Shown one piece after another: positions 18,562 to 26,283 of a DNA stretch of 64,000 nucleotides (position 1 is its first letter; every line of letters begins with the position of its first letter). A program made the position numbers and the translations under genes. Under the pieces are notes generated by a model. The model was not told the origin of the DNA. It made no database searches and worked only from the letters and a program-made list of their open reading frames with translations. The stretch is from an uncultured delta proteobacterium (GTDB lineage: Bacteria; Desulfobacterota; Binatia; UBA9968). The stretch lies in NCBI GenBank assembly GCA_963728565.1, contig CAVSLC010000004.1, positions 32,250-96,249 of the forward strand. Reading direction: 5' to 3'.

Positions 18562-19593
18562 ATGGAAAAATTTACTATGGCTGGAATAATCTTCGGCGGT
18601 CTTTTTTCATTTTCAGCGCTGCTTGGTGTCAGCTACGGCGCCACCGCAGCCTATAAGTTCACTACTCGAGACATACCGCTGCAATTTAGATTTTTAGGCG
18701 CTGCCCGGGAAGATATCGTTCGGTTCACAGACATCAATAATAAGGGGGAAATAGTCGGAAACAATTTTGCCGGCGATGGATTCCTCATCAACAAGAAGCG
18801 CGAACCAATCGAGATCCGTTGTCCCGGTGATCAAAACGACAATCACAGCACCCTCGTTTCGGGTATTAACAAAGTCGGACAAGTAGTTGGTTCCTGTACC
18901 GACGGGGCTTTCGTGCGCGATAGGAACGGCAATATCACCGTGCTTAATTTTCCGGGCGCGGAGGGCACGGTGGCCTCAGGAATAAACGACCTGGGCCATG
19001 TCGTAGGTCAATATTGGGGAACTCTTTTCGGGCAGGCGTTACAAAGGTTTCATGGCTTTATCTGGAAGAACGGAGAGTACATCACCATTGATGCCGCCTT
19101 TCCTAACGCGATGTTCACATCGTTATCGGGGGTGAACAATGCCGGGCAGATCATCGGCACGTACTTACATCAGCGGCCCGGCAGCAGCGACCCCAACGAT
19201 TATGATAGCGAGTTAGCGTTCGTCTACGATAACGGCAGCTTCACTTCGTTGGATTTTCCGGGTGCCACCGCACCGTTCATATGTTGTGGAGCAACGACGC
19301 TGCCGATGGACATCAACAATGCCGGGCAGATAGTTGGATCAACCTACGATGGCGCAGGGAACTTACGGTTCTTTCTATATGATGACGGAAAGTACTTCGT
19401 GATTACTGGCCTGCCTGATGACGTTACGGACTTCGGCAGCGCATGGGGATTAAACGATCGGAGCGAAATAGCAGGCACCTACATCCGCAGGGTGCGTTGC
19501 GAAGGGTGCGGTATTGGGGGTGGACCGGGACATACCTTCGATTTGCACAGTTTCGTCGCCGAGCCGAAGCCTACTCACAAGAAAAATAAATAA
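18562..19593 (+). CDS. secreted HAF-type repeat protein
   Basis: Signal peptide plus 6 repeats ending in (I/V/L)N(N/D/K)xG(Q/E/H)(I/V)(V/I)G: INNKGEIVG, INKVGQVVG, INDLGHVVG, VNNAGQIIG, INNAGQIVG, LNDRSEIAG. AGGAGG RBS lies 5 nt upstream of the ATG. Confidence 0.6.
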   Translation: MEKFTMAGIIFGGLFSFSALLGVSYGATAAYKFTTRDIPLQFRFLGAAREDIVRFTDINNKGEIVGNNFAGDGFLINKKREPIEIRCPGDQNDNHSTLVSGINKVGQVVGSCTDGAFVRDRNGNITVLNFPGAEGTVASGINDLGHVVGQYWGTLFGQALQRFHGFIWKNGEYITIDAAFPNAMFTSLSGVNNAGQIIGTYLHQRPGSSDPNDYDSELAFVYDNGSFTSLDFPGATAPFICCGATTLPMDINNAGQIVGSTYDGAGNLRFFLYDDGKYFVITGLPDDVTDFGSAWGLNDRSEIAGTYIRRVRCEGCGIGGGPGHTFDLHSFVAEPKPTHKKNK

Positions 19594-19968
19594 GGAACCG
19601 ACACGAAGATGGCAAGAAAGCATTCGTTGGTTTTTAGAGGTATTTCGAATGTCGCTCATCATCGCAGCATCTTTCTGCTACGGCATACAGAAGACCTCTT
19701 TAGAAACTTTCGGCGGGTCGCCAGCTACCTTAATTTTTGTACACCAGTGCTGTCGCGAATTTCGACTCCAATTATGGTGGCGATGGGTATTCTGGCGGTT
19801 ACTGCTCTGGTTGTCACGGTGATCTACGAACGCGCCTCCGTTTTCTTGTCGGTGGTCCGCAGTGTCGTCGATTAGACGCGGGAATTTTTTCCACGCAACG
19901 GGCTGCCGGTGATTCGAAAGCGCGCGCCTATTTAGGGGTTCAGCAAACAGGTATTCATAACTAACTAA

Positions 19969-20000
19969 GTGCAGGGCGGACTCGCTTGTCCACCCTGCAC
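19969..20000 (-). terminator. candidate rho-independent terminator downstream of the 20021..20491 gene
   Basis: 13-bp stem (GTGCAGGGTGGAC / GTCCGCCCTGCAC on the minus strand, with one G-U pair) and a 6-nt loop, starting 21 nt after the stop codon. The trailing T tract is weak (TTAGTTAGTTAT). Confidence 0.45.
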
Positions 20001-20020
20001 GCTCCATCGCGGTTTGAACG

Positions 20021-20491
20021 TTAACGCCGTGACGCTTCTCTGCCTGAAGGCACGCGCGTCCACGTGGTTCCATTCTCCCACTCGATTCTGTCGCGTCGAA
20101 CGTTGCCTCGTAGACCACGTTCCCAATCACGGGCATTAACCTCGCCATTCCGACTAATTTCCAGCCGGCTAGAATCACCCCGCTCATTCTTGGCCTCGAG
20201 CCCATCCCGAGAAGAAATGATTTGGGTACGCTTATCGCGGTCCCCATTCAAGTACCAGGTGCCCTCCAAGTCGCGCAGATCATCTCTCGAGCTTGCGGTA
20301 GTGCCATTGATTATTCCATCCCACCAGTTTCCCCGACGATCATCTCGCCGATCGTCTCTGCGATCATACCTCCCATCATCTCTCCGGTCGTAGCGGCGAT
20401 CATCTCTTCTATCATCCTGCGCGCTGGCCATTGGAATATGCATCAATGCTGCAATCAAACCTGCCGACAATAGTACGCTTATATTTTTCAT
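20021..20491 (-). CDS. small secreted protein of unknown function with an N-terminal DDRR repeat; paralog of 20725..21102
   Basis: Start trimmed to the ATG at 20491, preceded by GGAGGA. Signal peptide MKNISVLLSAGLIAALMHIPMASA. The C-terminal ~75 aa align with the neighbouring ORF (EGTWYLNG....RLEISR.G.V.ARDWE.GLRG.VRR.RIEWENGTTWTR.PS). Confidence 0.6.
   Translation of the reverse strand: MKNISVLLSAGLIAALMHIPMASAQDDRRDDRRYDRRDDGRYDRRDDRRDDRRGNWWDGIINGTTASSRDDLRDLEGTWYLNGDRDKRTQIISSRDGLEAKNERGDSSRLEISRNGEVNARDWERGLRGNVRRDRIEWENGTTWTRVPSGREASRR
20333..20416 (-). repeat. in-frame tandem repeat, 7 x 12 nt, encoding (D/Y)D(R/G)R units
   Basis: My codon-by-codon reading gives DDRR DDRR YDRR DDGR YDRR DDRR DDRR, directly after the predicted signal-peptide cleavage site. 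Confidence 0.85.
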
Positions 20492-20660
20492 GATTTTTCC
20501 TCCTGGCTGCTCGAATTTCGCAACCGTCATGCCACGCTCGATAAACTCGCCTGTTCGCGCTTAGCATTCTTCGATGTGCCGGTGGCGGGACGAATTAAAA
20601 GCGGGTGAACCAGCGGAGGCACACTTGACTTAGAGGAGCGGTTGAACAAAATCTAGAGCT

Positions 20661-20707
20661 CAAAACGAAAGGGGCCATCTCGCATCAATCGGAGACGGCC
20701 CTTTTTC
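20661..20707 (-). terminator. rho-independent terminator (bidirectional shape) after the 20725..21102 gene
   Basis: On the minus strand: GAAAAA-GGGGCCGTCTC-10 nt loop-GAGATGGCCCC-TTTCGTTTT. The stem is GC-rich, 11 bp, with one G-U pair, and is flanked by A and T tracts. Confidence 0.6.
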
Positions 20708-20724
20708 AATCAGGAACAATCAGG

Positions 20725-21102
20725 TTAATATCGTCTGCCAGTCCGATAGCTGGGTTCCCGGGTCCACGTGGTGCCGTTTTCCCATTCAATGCGACCGCGT
20801 CGAACATCCCCGCGCAGGCCACCCTCCCAATCCCGAGCGTAAACGTCGCCGCTCCGGCTAATTTCTAAACGCGTAGTCTGACCGTTTTCGTTTCTGGCCA
20901 CGAGTCCACGGCGCGAAGCGTTTATTTCGGTTTTTCTAGATCGCTCACCGTTTAGATACCATGTGCCTTCCAATGGCTGCGGAGCATTCCTGTTATTTCT
21001 CCACGAAGGCCAACCGTAACCCTGCGCTGAAACGGTGCTCGGACTGTTCACGATTCCAATCGCTAGAGCTAAGAGCAATCCAATTAAAGTAGCCTTATTC
21101 AT
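20725..21102 (-). CDS. small secreted protein of unknown function; paralog of 20021..20491
   Basis: 125 aa. Signal peptide MNKATLIGLLLALAIGIVNSPSTVSA. GGAGGG RBS. Shares the conserved C-terminal domain with the neighbouring ORF. Confidence 0.65.
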   Translation of the reverse strand: MNKATLIGLLLALAIGIVNSPSTVSAQGYGWPSWRNNRNAPQPLEGTWYLNGERSRKTEINASRRGLVARNENGQTTRLEISRSGDVYARDWEGGLRGDVRRGRIEWENGTTWTREPSYRTGRRY

Positions 21103-21179
21103 GATTGAACCCTCCTACAAGTTAGCTGCCAAATACTCTTCCCGAAGTAATCTCATCTATTTCACACCGATCCGCTTCA

Positions 21180-21209
21180 TTAGACGGTTTACCTTTCCGT
21201 TAGTTTACC
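21180..21209 (-). promoter_or_regulatory. candidate ECF-sigma-type promoter, GGTAAAC-N16-CGTCTAA
   Basis: On the minus strand, GGTAAAC (21209->21203), a 16-nt spacer, then CGTCTAA (21186->21180), about 78 nt upstream of the ATG at 21102. The same motif with the same spacing occurs upstream of the ECF sigma gene (22947..22976). Confidence 0.45.
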
Positions 21210-21437
21210 TCCGGCTTGAGCGAGTTTTTGGCATCGGGCGGTAAATCGCTCGCGACAAAAAAATGAAAGTCCGCAAAACAGAAGGGTCGATCTTCTCAGA
21301 CTACAAAATCAACAGGCGTCGAATGCTATGATGGGGTTACACCGGCGCAATTATCGCGCGCCAGCAAATTGACTCGCTCCGGGGCTTGTTTAAGAACGTT
21401 CAGCTCCCAGTGACGTGGCGCGGTGCGGCGATGAAGC

Positions 21438-21710
21438 TTACCTATTGTCGCGACGCTGCCGTTGCTCTTCATAACGCTGCTTGAGCCTATCCCGGCGATC
21501 CTGCGGTAGACGCTGCCAGCGGTCCCACTCCTCACGCAAGTGCTCCTTGTCTTGAGGCGGGAGATTTTGCCATCGCTGGTAATTCCGTAACACTTTATCT
21601 TTTTCTTTGGGGCTTAAGTTGCGCCAGTTATCGCCGCCATTAGCTGCCCATCCGGCCAGTGGCGACAGCAACAATGCGGCGAACAATAGCGAAACAAGAA
21701 CGTGTTTCAT
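21438..21710 (-). CDS. secreted DUF3106-like protein (W/R/Q-rich repeats)
   Basis: Start trimmed to the MKHVLVSLLFAALLLSPLAGWA signal peptide. Repeated WxxLxPxxK/R motifs (RNYQRWQNLPPQDKEHLREEWDRWQRLPQDRRDRLKQRYEE). It is the last gene of the sigma / anti-sigma operon. Confidence 0.5.
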   Translation of the reverse strand: MKHVLVSLLFAALLLSPLAGWAANGGDNWRNLSPKEKDKVLRNYQRWQNLPPQDKEHLREEWDRWQRLPQDRRDRLKQRYEEQRQRRDNR

Positions 21711-21772
21711 CTGATGATCAGCTCTCCAAAAATAGTCTTGATAATCTGATAATTCATCGGCCGAGCCTCGCC

Positions 21773-22294
21773 TCAAACGGCATGGGCCTCGGCTTTGCTG
21801 GTTTCCAGCCCTTCAAGCCCGCTCAAGGCTTCCAGCATGTCGAGTGATCTAAAGAACTCCAACTGTTCGGTGTCGGTCACTATTTCCCTGGGAATTCTTT
21901 CTTGCGGTTGGTTGTAGAGCGAACTTAGACTTCCCTTGCTTAGAACCACGCCGAAAGCCAGAGCAGCAATAACCGCTGTGCCAAACGCAGGAATCATCCA
22001 CGTGCGCATGGGCACAAAAAGTTTGCGCCAGTAGGATTTTCGCTCGCGCTGATGCCTTAACTTGGCGATGGTCTCCCGATAGTAATCGTCCCAGAACGAC
22101 TGCGGAAGCTCTTCGGGCAGCGCCATCTGCGGCAGCAATCGATGTAAATCTTCAATAAAGCGGCCGCAACCGCCGCAATCGCCGAGATGCTGTTGGAGCC
22201 GGCGCTTTTCCTGATCAGCGATTTCGCCGTAATAGTAGAGCACCAAATCCTCTTCCAGCTCTTTGCACATGGTTTCCAACTTTTTCGCAGCCAT
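21773..22294 (-). CDS. anti-sigma factor (zf-HC2 type, single TM)
   Basis: The HLGDCGGCGRFIEDLH motif matches the Hx3Cx2C zinc anti-sigma motif. One TM segment (WMIPAFGTAVIAALAFGVVL). It lies directly downstream of the ECF sigma gene. Confidence 0.7.
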   Translation of the reverse strand: MAAKKLETMCKELEEDLVLYYYGEIADQEKRRLQQHLGDCGGCGRFIEDLHRLLPQMALPEELPQSFWDDYYRETIAKLRHQRERKSYWRKLFVPMRTWMIPAFGTAVIAALAFGVVLSKGSLSSLYNQPQERIPREIVTDTEQLEFFRSLDMLEALSGLEGLETSKAEAHAV

Positions 22295-22308
22295 TATCGT
22301 TACTCTCC

Positions 22309-22857
22309 CTAAACAAACTCAACCAGACACTGGCGCAACGCCGCTACCGCGCGATGCAAGTAGACTCGAACGGTTCCTTCGGTAGTCTTCATGACTTTGG
22401 CGATATCTGCGATGGGCAGGCCTTCATGGTTTCGCAAGATAAAAGCCGTGCGCTGTTTGTTTGGCATGGCATCCAAAGTCTTGTCCACACGCCGCTTGGT
22501 CTCCCCGGCAATTGCTTCCTGGTCCGGACCGGAGGTATTATCCGTCAGCTCCTTCCGCTCCCGTTCGTCATCCCGTTCGCTTTCGAGCCGTTCCCAAACG
22601 ACCTTCCCTTTTCGCCGCGTGTGATCCAAACAGAGATTGACGACCAAACGATAGAACCAAGTGTAAAAACTCGAGCGCCCGTCGAACTGCTTGATGCGTG
22701 AGAAAGCTCGCAAAAAAGCCTCCTGGGAAAGATCTTTGGCCTCTTCCGTATCCCGCGTAAAATCCAGGGCGATCCGGAAGGCTTTCTCCATGTAACGACG
22801 GACAAGTATCTCAAAGAACTTACCCTCGCCCTGCTGACACAGTGCCACAAGCTCCAT
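22309..22857 (-). CDS. ECF-family RNA polymerase sigma factor (sigma-70 regions 2 and 4)
   Basis: 182 aa. Region 2 is DLSQEAFLRAFSRIKQFDGRSSFYTWFYRLVVNLCLDHTRRK. Region 4 HTH is LPIADIAKVMKTTEGTVRVYLHRA. Confidence 0.9.
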   Translation of the reverse strand: MELVALCQQGEGKFFEILVRRYMEKAFRIALDFTRDTEEAKDLSQEAFLRAFSRIKQFDGRSSFYTWFYRLVVNLCLDHTRRKGKVVWERLESERDDERERKELTDNTSGPDQEAIAGETKRRVDKTLDAMPNKQRTAFILRNHEGLPIADIAKVMKTTEGTVRVYLHRAVAALRQCLVEFV

Positions 22858-22946
22858 ATCGGGAAGATCTTCCGGCGAACGATTTCCAGGCGTTGCGTGA
22901 ATTGATTTGCCCTGCCTCTGCTCGTGTTCTAAGGGTCCCTAGAGGC

Positions 22947-22976
22947 TTAGACGTTCAGCCTTAAAAAAGGTTAACC
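22947..22976 (-). promoter_or_regulatory. candidate autoregulatory ECF-type promoter, GGTTAAC-N16-CGTCTAA
   Basis: On the minus strand, GGTTAAC (22976->22970), a 16-nt spacer, then CGTCTAA (22953->22947), about 90 nt upstream of the sigma-factor ATG. AAC...CGTC with a 16-nt spacer is the classic ECF promoter architecture. Confidence 0.45.
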
Positions 22977-23202
22977 GCCCTACCGGCGGCTAAATCCAGC
23001 GAGGCGAAAGGACTGGAGGATTGGTCAGTACAGTCGCAATCGGGTGCTACTGGGGGAACTGCGCGCTGACCAAGAAGGCCAAAAATTGTAGATCAATGGC
23101 GGGCCTACACCCGGGTGTTTAGCGCCAAGGCGCATGACCCAGGGACTCAGAATTGTACAATCAGTATCAGAAGCGCGCCGGCTGCTCCGACCTCGATTAC
23201 TG

Positions 23203-23865
23203 CTAGTGCCCCGGTTCCTCGCCGATGCCGACAATCCTGATACTGCCATGCTTGGATTTGTATTTCCGGTTGAGAGAGATGATGACGCCGGTTAGCCCCT
23301 CGATGACATACGCGTTGCTTCCTGGACCGCCGTCGAACGCGCGCGCACCGATACGGCGGATAATCTCCATCACTTTCTCCTTGGCATCAGCTTTGTCGCC
23401 GCAGACCAATACATCGCCGAGCGGTGAATCCACATCGGCCAAATCGACGGCCGATATGTTATGAAGCGCGCCGACCACCGGCGCCTCGTCACCGAGAATC
23501 TGCTGCGCCTCCTGCAATGCCGAACCGGCTGGCGGCACAAACGGTTTACCCTTGTTTAATGGCACGACCGTATCGATGATGATTTTTCCGGCTACCTGTC
23601 CTTTGATGTCCTGGACCATTTGAGCATGGCCTTCATAAGGGACAGCGATGACGACGTAGTCGGCGCCGCGAATCGAATCCTGATTAGTCATGCCGACCAT
23701 TTCCCCGGCGCGAAGAGTCGGCTTTAAAGTTTCCACCGCTTTCTTGGCTTTCTCCGCATCGCGCGAACCGATAATGATTCTCACTCCGGGCGCCCCCAAA
23801 CGGAGCGCCAGCGCGCCGCCTAGATTTCCCGTCCCACCAACAATTGCCACGCTAAGGTTTTCCAT
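23203..23865 (-). CDS. npdG: NADPH-dependent F420 reductase
   Basis: 220 aa. Rossmann motif VAIVGGTGNLGGALALRL. Overall resemblance to NpdG/Fno. It is the last gene of the F420 cluster. Confidence 0.75.
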   Translation of the reverse strand: MENLSVAIVGGTGNLGGALALRLGAPGVRIIIGSRDAEKAKKAVETLKPTLRAGEMVGMTNQDSIRGADYVVIAVPYEGHAQMVQDIKGQVAGKIIIDTVVPLNKGKPFVPPAGSALQEAQQILGDEAPVVGALHNISAVDLADVDSPLGDVLVCGDKADAKEKVMEIIRRIGARAFDGGPGSNAYVIEGLTGVIISLNRKYKSKHGSIRIVGIGEEPGH

Positions 23866-23875
23866 GTTCTTGATT

Positions 23876-24625
23876 CTACCGGAAAAGATCCTCCGTTTTA
23901 GGACGCAGGAGATCCTTCACCGATCCTTCCTCCTTCTCAATCTCACAGCCGCGCACGACCACGACCGGCAATGCCTCTTTTTTTCTCATCACCAGCTCAG
24001 CCGCGGCCGCAATTTCGTCGGCAATCGCCGTTACCGCCGCCCTGAGTTCGTAACCGTAATGATCCTTTGTTCCACGTTCGTCTTTGATCGGCTTGAGCCC
24101 CGCAATCCCCACCGCCACATCAACCGTGCCCAACCGCCATGCACGGCCGAAACTGTCGCTAATGATAATCGCTGGAGATAGGCCGACTAGCTCTTTGATT
24201 TCAGCGCGGATCTTCCGAGCCGAGGCGTCGGGATCTGTCGGCAACAGCGCGGCTTTTCCCAACCCTACATTGGAGCAGTCCACGCCTGCGTTAGCACAGA
24301 CAAAACCGTGATGGGTTTCGACGATCATCGCCCGACCGCCTCGGCGCACAATGCGCTGGCTTTCAGACAGAATCAATTCAACCAGGGCAGGATCTTTGTC
24401 GAGCTCCCGACCCAATTCCCGCGCATTATCCGACACCAGAACTCCGTCGAGTGGAAGCAACCTGCCTTCCGATTTGGAGACAATTTTTTGCGCGATGACG
24501 AGAACATCATCGGGCTCGAGCACAACACGATTGCGTGAGCAGGCGTCAACAATCAGCTTTCCAATCGGATCACCGGCGCCGACCTCGCCGATTCCAGCCA
24601 ACCCAAAGATCTCTACTCGCTTCAT
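23876..24625 (-). CDS. cofE: coenzyme F420-0:L-glutamate ligase, single-domain CofE type
   Basis: 249 aa. The DVLVIAQKIVSKSEGR and HGFVCANAGVD motifs are typical of CofE. Its start overlaps the cofC stop by 4 nt (ATGA). There is no fused nitroreductase-like domain. Confidence 0.85.
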   Translation of the reverse strand: MKRVEIFGLAGIGEVGAGDPIGKLIVDACSRNRVVLEPDDVLVIAQKIVSKSEGRLLPLDGVLVSDNARELGRELDKDPALVELILSESQRIVRRGGRAMIVETHHGFVCANAGVDCSNVGLGKAALLPTDPDASARKIRAEIKELVGLSPAIIISDSFGRAWRLGTVDVAVGIAGLKPIKDERGTKDHYGYELRAAVTAIADEIAAAAELVMRKKEALPVVVVRGCEIEKEEGSVKDLLRPKTEDLFR

Positions 24626-25311
24626 GCTTCTCCAACGCGCCGGCTCGGTTGTGAGCGTTGGTCGGCGACAAATCGCCGCAGCGTTTTGAGGGTCGCGCTG
24701 CCGTCTCGCGAAATGGCCAGATACCTTTCCAAATCCTTGGGCTCATCGATATCCAATGCTATGCGCTCATTCTCGAAGCAACGAACCGGCAAGCCTTGCG
24801 CTGAAACCTGGCTTAAATGGTACCTAAAACTGTCGTAGCCGAAGCGCAATTTGATGATATCAGGCGGGGCTAGAAGCAACGCATTGGTCCCAAGTCGATC
24901 GTGAGAAGGAACCAACAAGGCAAACGGCGCGATCTGGCCGTCTGGAACTTGCGCGAGAACTGATTCGATATCGCCGCTGCGAACCAGCGGCAGGTCGCCG
25001 GGAATGATCATTACCGCTTCGTCCCCGCCATCCTTCAAGCTAGTACGGGCAAAATCCACGGCGGCAGTTTCGCCGGTTTCCGCGTTCTCAAGGATAACTC
25101 TTGCGCCCAATGATCCGGCAATCGCCGCGACCTTGTCATCTCCCGTCACCACCACTGTTTCTTTTAGCCCATGCGCCTGTAACACTTGGCTCAGCACATC
25201 GCGAAACATCGCTTCAGCAAGAGCTTCACGCTCGGCGCTGCCAAGAAGCACGCTCAGACGCTGCTTGGCGTTACGAAACCCTTTGACAGGGATAAGGGCG
25301 GTTACTTTCAT
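24622..25311 (-). CDS. cofC: 2-phospho-L-lactate (or analog) guanylyltransferase
   Basis: 229 aa. N-terminal ALIPVKGFRNAKQRLS is typical of CofC/FbiD. Cluster context supports the call. Confidence 0.8.
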   Translation of the reverse strand: MKVTALIPVKGFRNAKQRLSVLLGSAEREALAEAMFRDVLSQVLQAHGLKETVVVTGDDKVAAIAGSLGARVILENAETGETAAVDFARTSLKDGGDEAVMIIPGDLPLVRSGDIESVLAQVPDGQIAPFALLVPSHDRLGTNALLLAPPDIIKLRFGYDSFRYHLSQVSAQGLPVRCFENERIALDIDEPKDLERYLAISRDGSATLKTLRRFVADQRSQPSRRVGEA

Positions 25312-25342
25312 TCATCACCGGAAAATTTTCTTAGCACTATTC

Positions 25343-26263
25343 TTATAGCAAGGCCAAGACTTGGCGTGCCAACCGCTGCTTGTCGGCCAGGCTGTTCATC
25401 CGGATATTTGCCGAAAACGGTTCCACCCCCAGTTCCTTAAGATCGTTCTGAAGGTACTGGTCTTCCCTATCGATCATTAGAACATCCAGGAGATCGGCGT
25501 AGCCCTTGGCCACACCGCTTACCGAAGGCTCCAGGTCGTTAACTGTCATCAACATATGGGCCGGACCGCTGATCGCCGATCGCGCGATAATTGGACTGAC
25601 ACCGACGATTTTGCCGCGAGCTTCCCTCAGGGCCTGGCGAATCCCCGGCACGGCAAGAATCGGCCCAATGCTTGTGACCGGATTGCTCGGACAAATAACG
25701 ATCCCGGCAGCGTTGCCAATCGCTTGAAGCACGCGCGGCGCCGGTTTGCTTTCATCGATGCCGGCGAAGAACACCCGTTTGACTTCCGGCGCCCAGCGCT
25801 CGCGCACAAAATATTCCTGGAACGATAGTTCTCCACCCGCCGTGACGATTCGGGTTTCCACCCGATCGTCCGACATTGGCAGAATCTCCGACTTGACGTC
25901 GAGTGCCGTGCGAATCCGCTGTGTCACGTCAGATAAGGGAACCCCTTGTCGCAAAAGATCGGTGCGCAAAATATGCGTTGCCAAATCTCTATCGCCGAGG
26001 TTAAACCACACTTCCTCGCCCAAGCGCCGCAGCTGTTCCAAAGCGACAAAGCTTTCGCCAGCCAGACCCCAACCTTTTTCTTCGTCGTTGAGACCGGCAA
26101 GCGTATAGACAATCGTATCGATATCCGGCGAAACATGGAGTCCATGAAACATCGCATCATCCGCGGTATTGCAGATGACGGTCAGGTCGGCGGGATCGAT
26201 CTCCGCCGCGAGACCTTGAACGAGTTTGGCGCCGCCGGTACCGCCGGTTAAAGCTAAGATCAT
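25343..26263 (-). CDS. cofD: 2-phospho-L-lactate transferase
   Basis: 306 aa. The LTGGTGGAKL N-terminus and ICPSNPVTSIGPIL motif are typical of CofD/FbiA. Confidence 0.85.
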   Translation of the reverse strand: MILALTGGTGGAKLVQGLAAEIDPADLTVICNTADDAMFHGLHVSPDIDTIVYTLAGLNDEEKGWGLAGESFVALEQLRRLGEEVWFNLGDRDLATHILRTDLLRQGVPLSDVTQRIRTALDVKSEILPMSDDRVETRIVTAGGELSFQEYFVRERWAPEVKRVFFAGIDESKPAPRVLQAIGNAAGIVICPSNPVTSIGPILAVPGIRQALREARGKIVGVSPIIARSAISGPAHMLMTVNDLEPSVSGVAKGYADLLDVLMIDREDQYLQNDLKELGVEPFSANIRMNSLADKQRLARQVLALL

Positions 26264-26283
26264 GGCTAAACGGGTCGCGACGG

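Noticed and set aside
19609-19875. 88-aa ORF after the HAF-repeat gene, with one hydrophobic segment.
   Set aside because: It has a weak RBS, an odd composition and no recognisable family. Evidence is insufficient to call it a gene.
20333-20416. Short tandem repeat array that might be mistaken for a CRISPR or a non-coding satellite.
   Set aside because: The units are 12 nt, contiguous (no spacers) and perfectly in frame within a secreted-protein gene. It is a coding DDRR repeat.
20587-20611. GGTTCAC ... CGTCCC upstream of the DDRR-repeat gene, considered as a third ECF promoter.
   Set aside because: The spacer is only 12 nt versus 16 in the two good sites, and the -10 differs. It is not counted as a match.
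16524-23000. Possible genomic island integrated at tRNA-Leu.
   Set aside because: I found no integrase or recombinase gene. I also found no direct repeat of the tRNA 3' end downstream by eye, and no mobility genes. The only hints are mild AT enrichment and accessory-type content.
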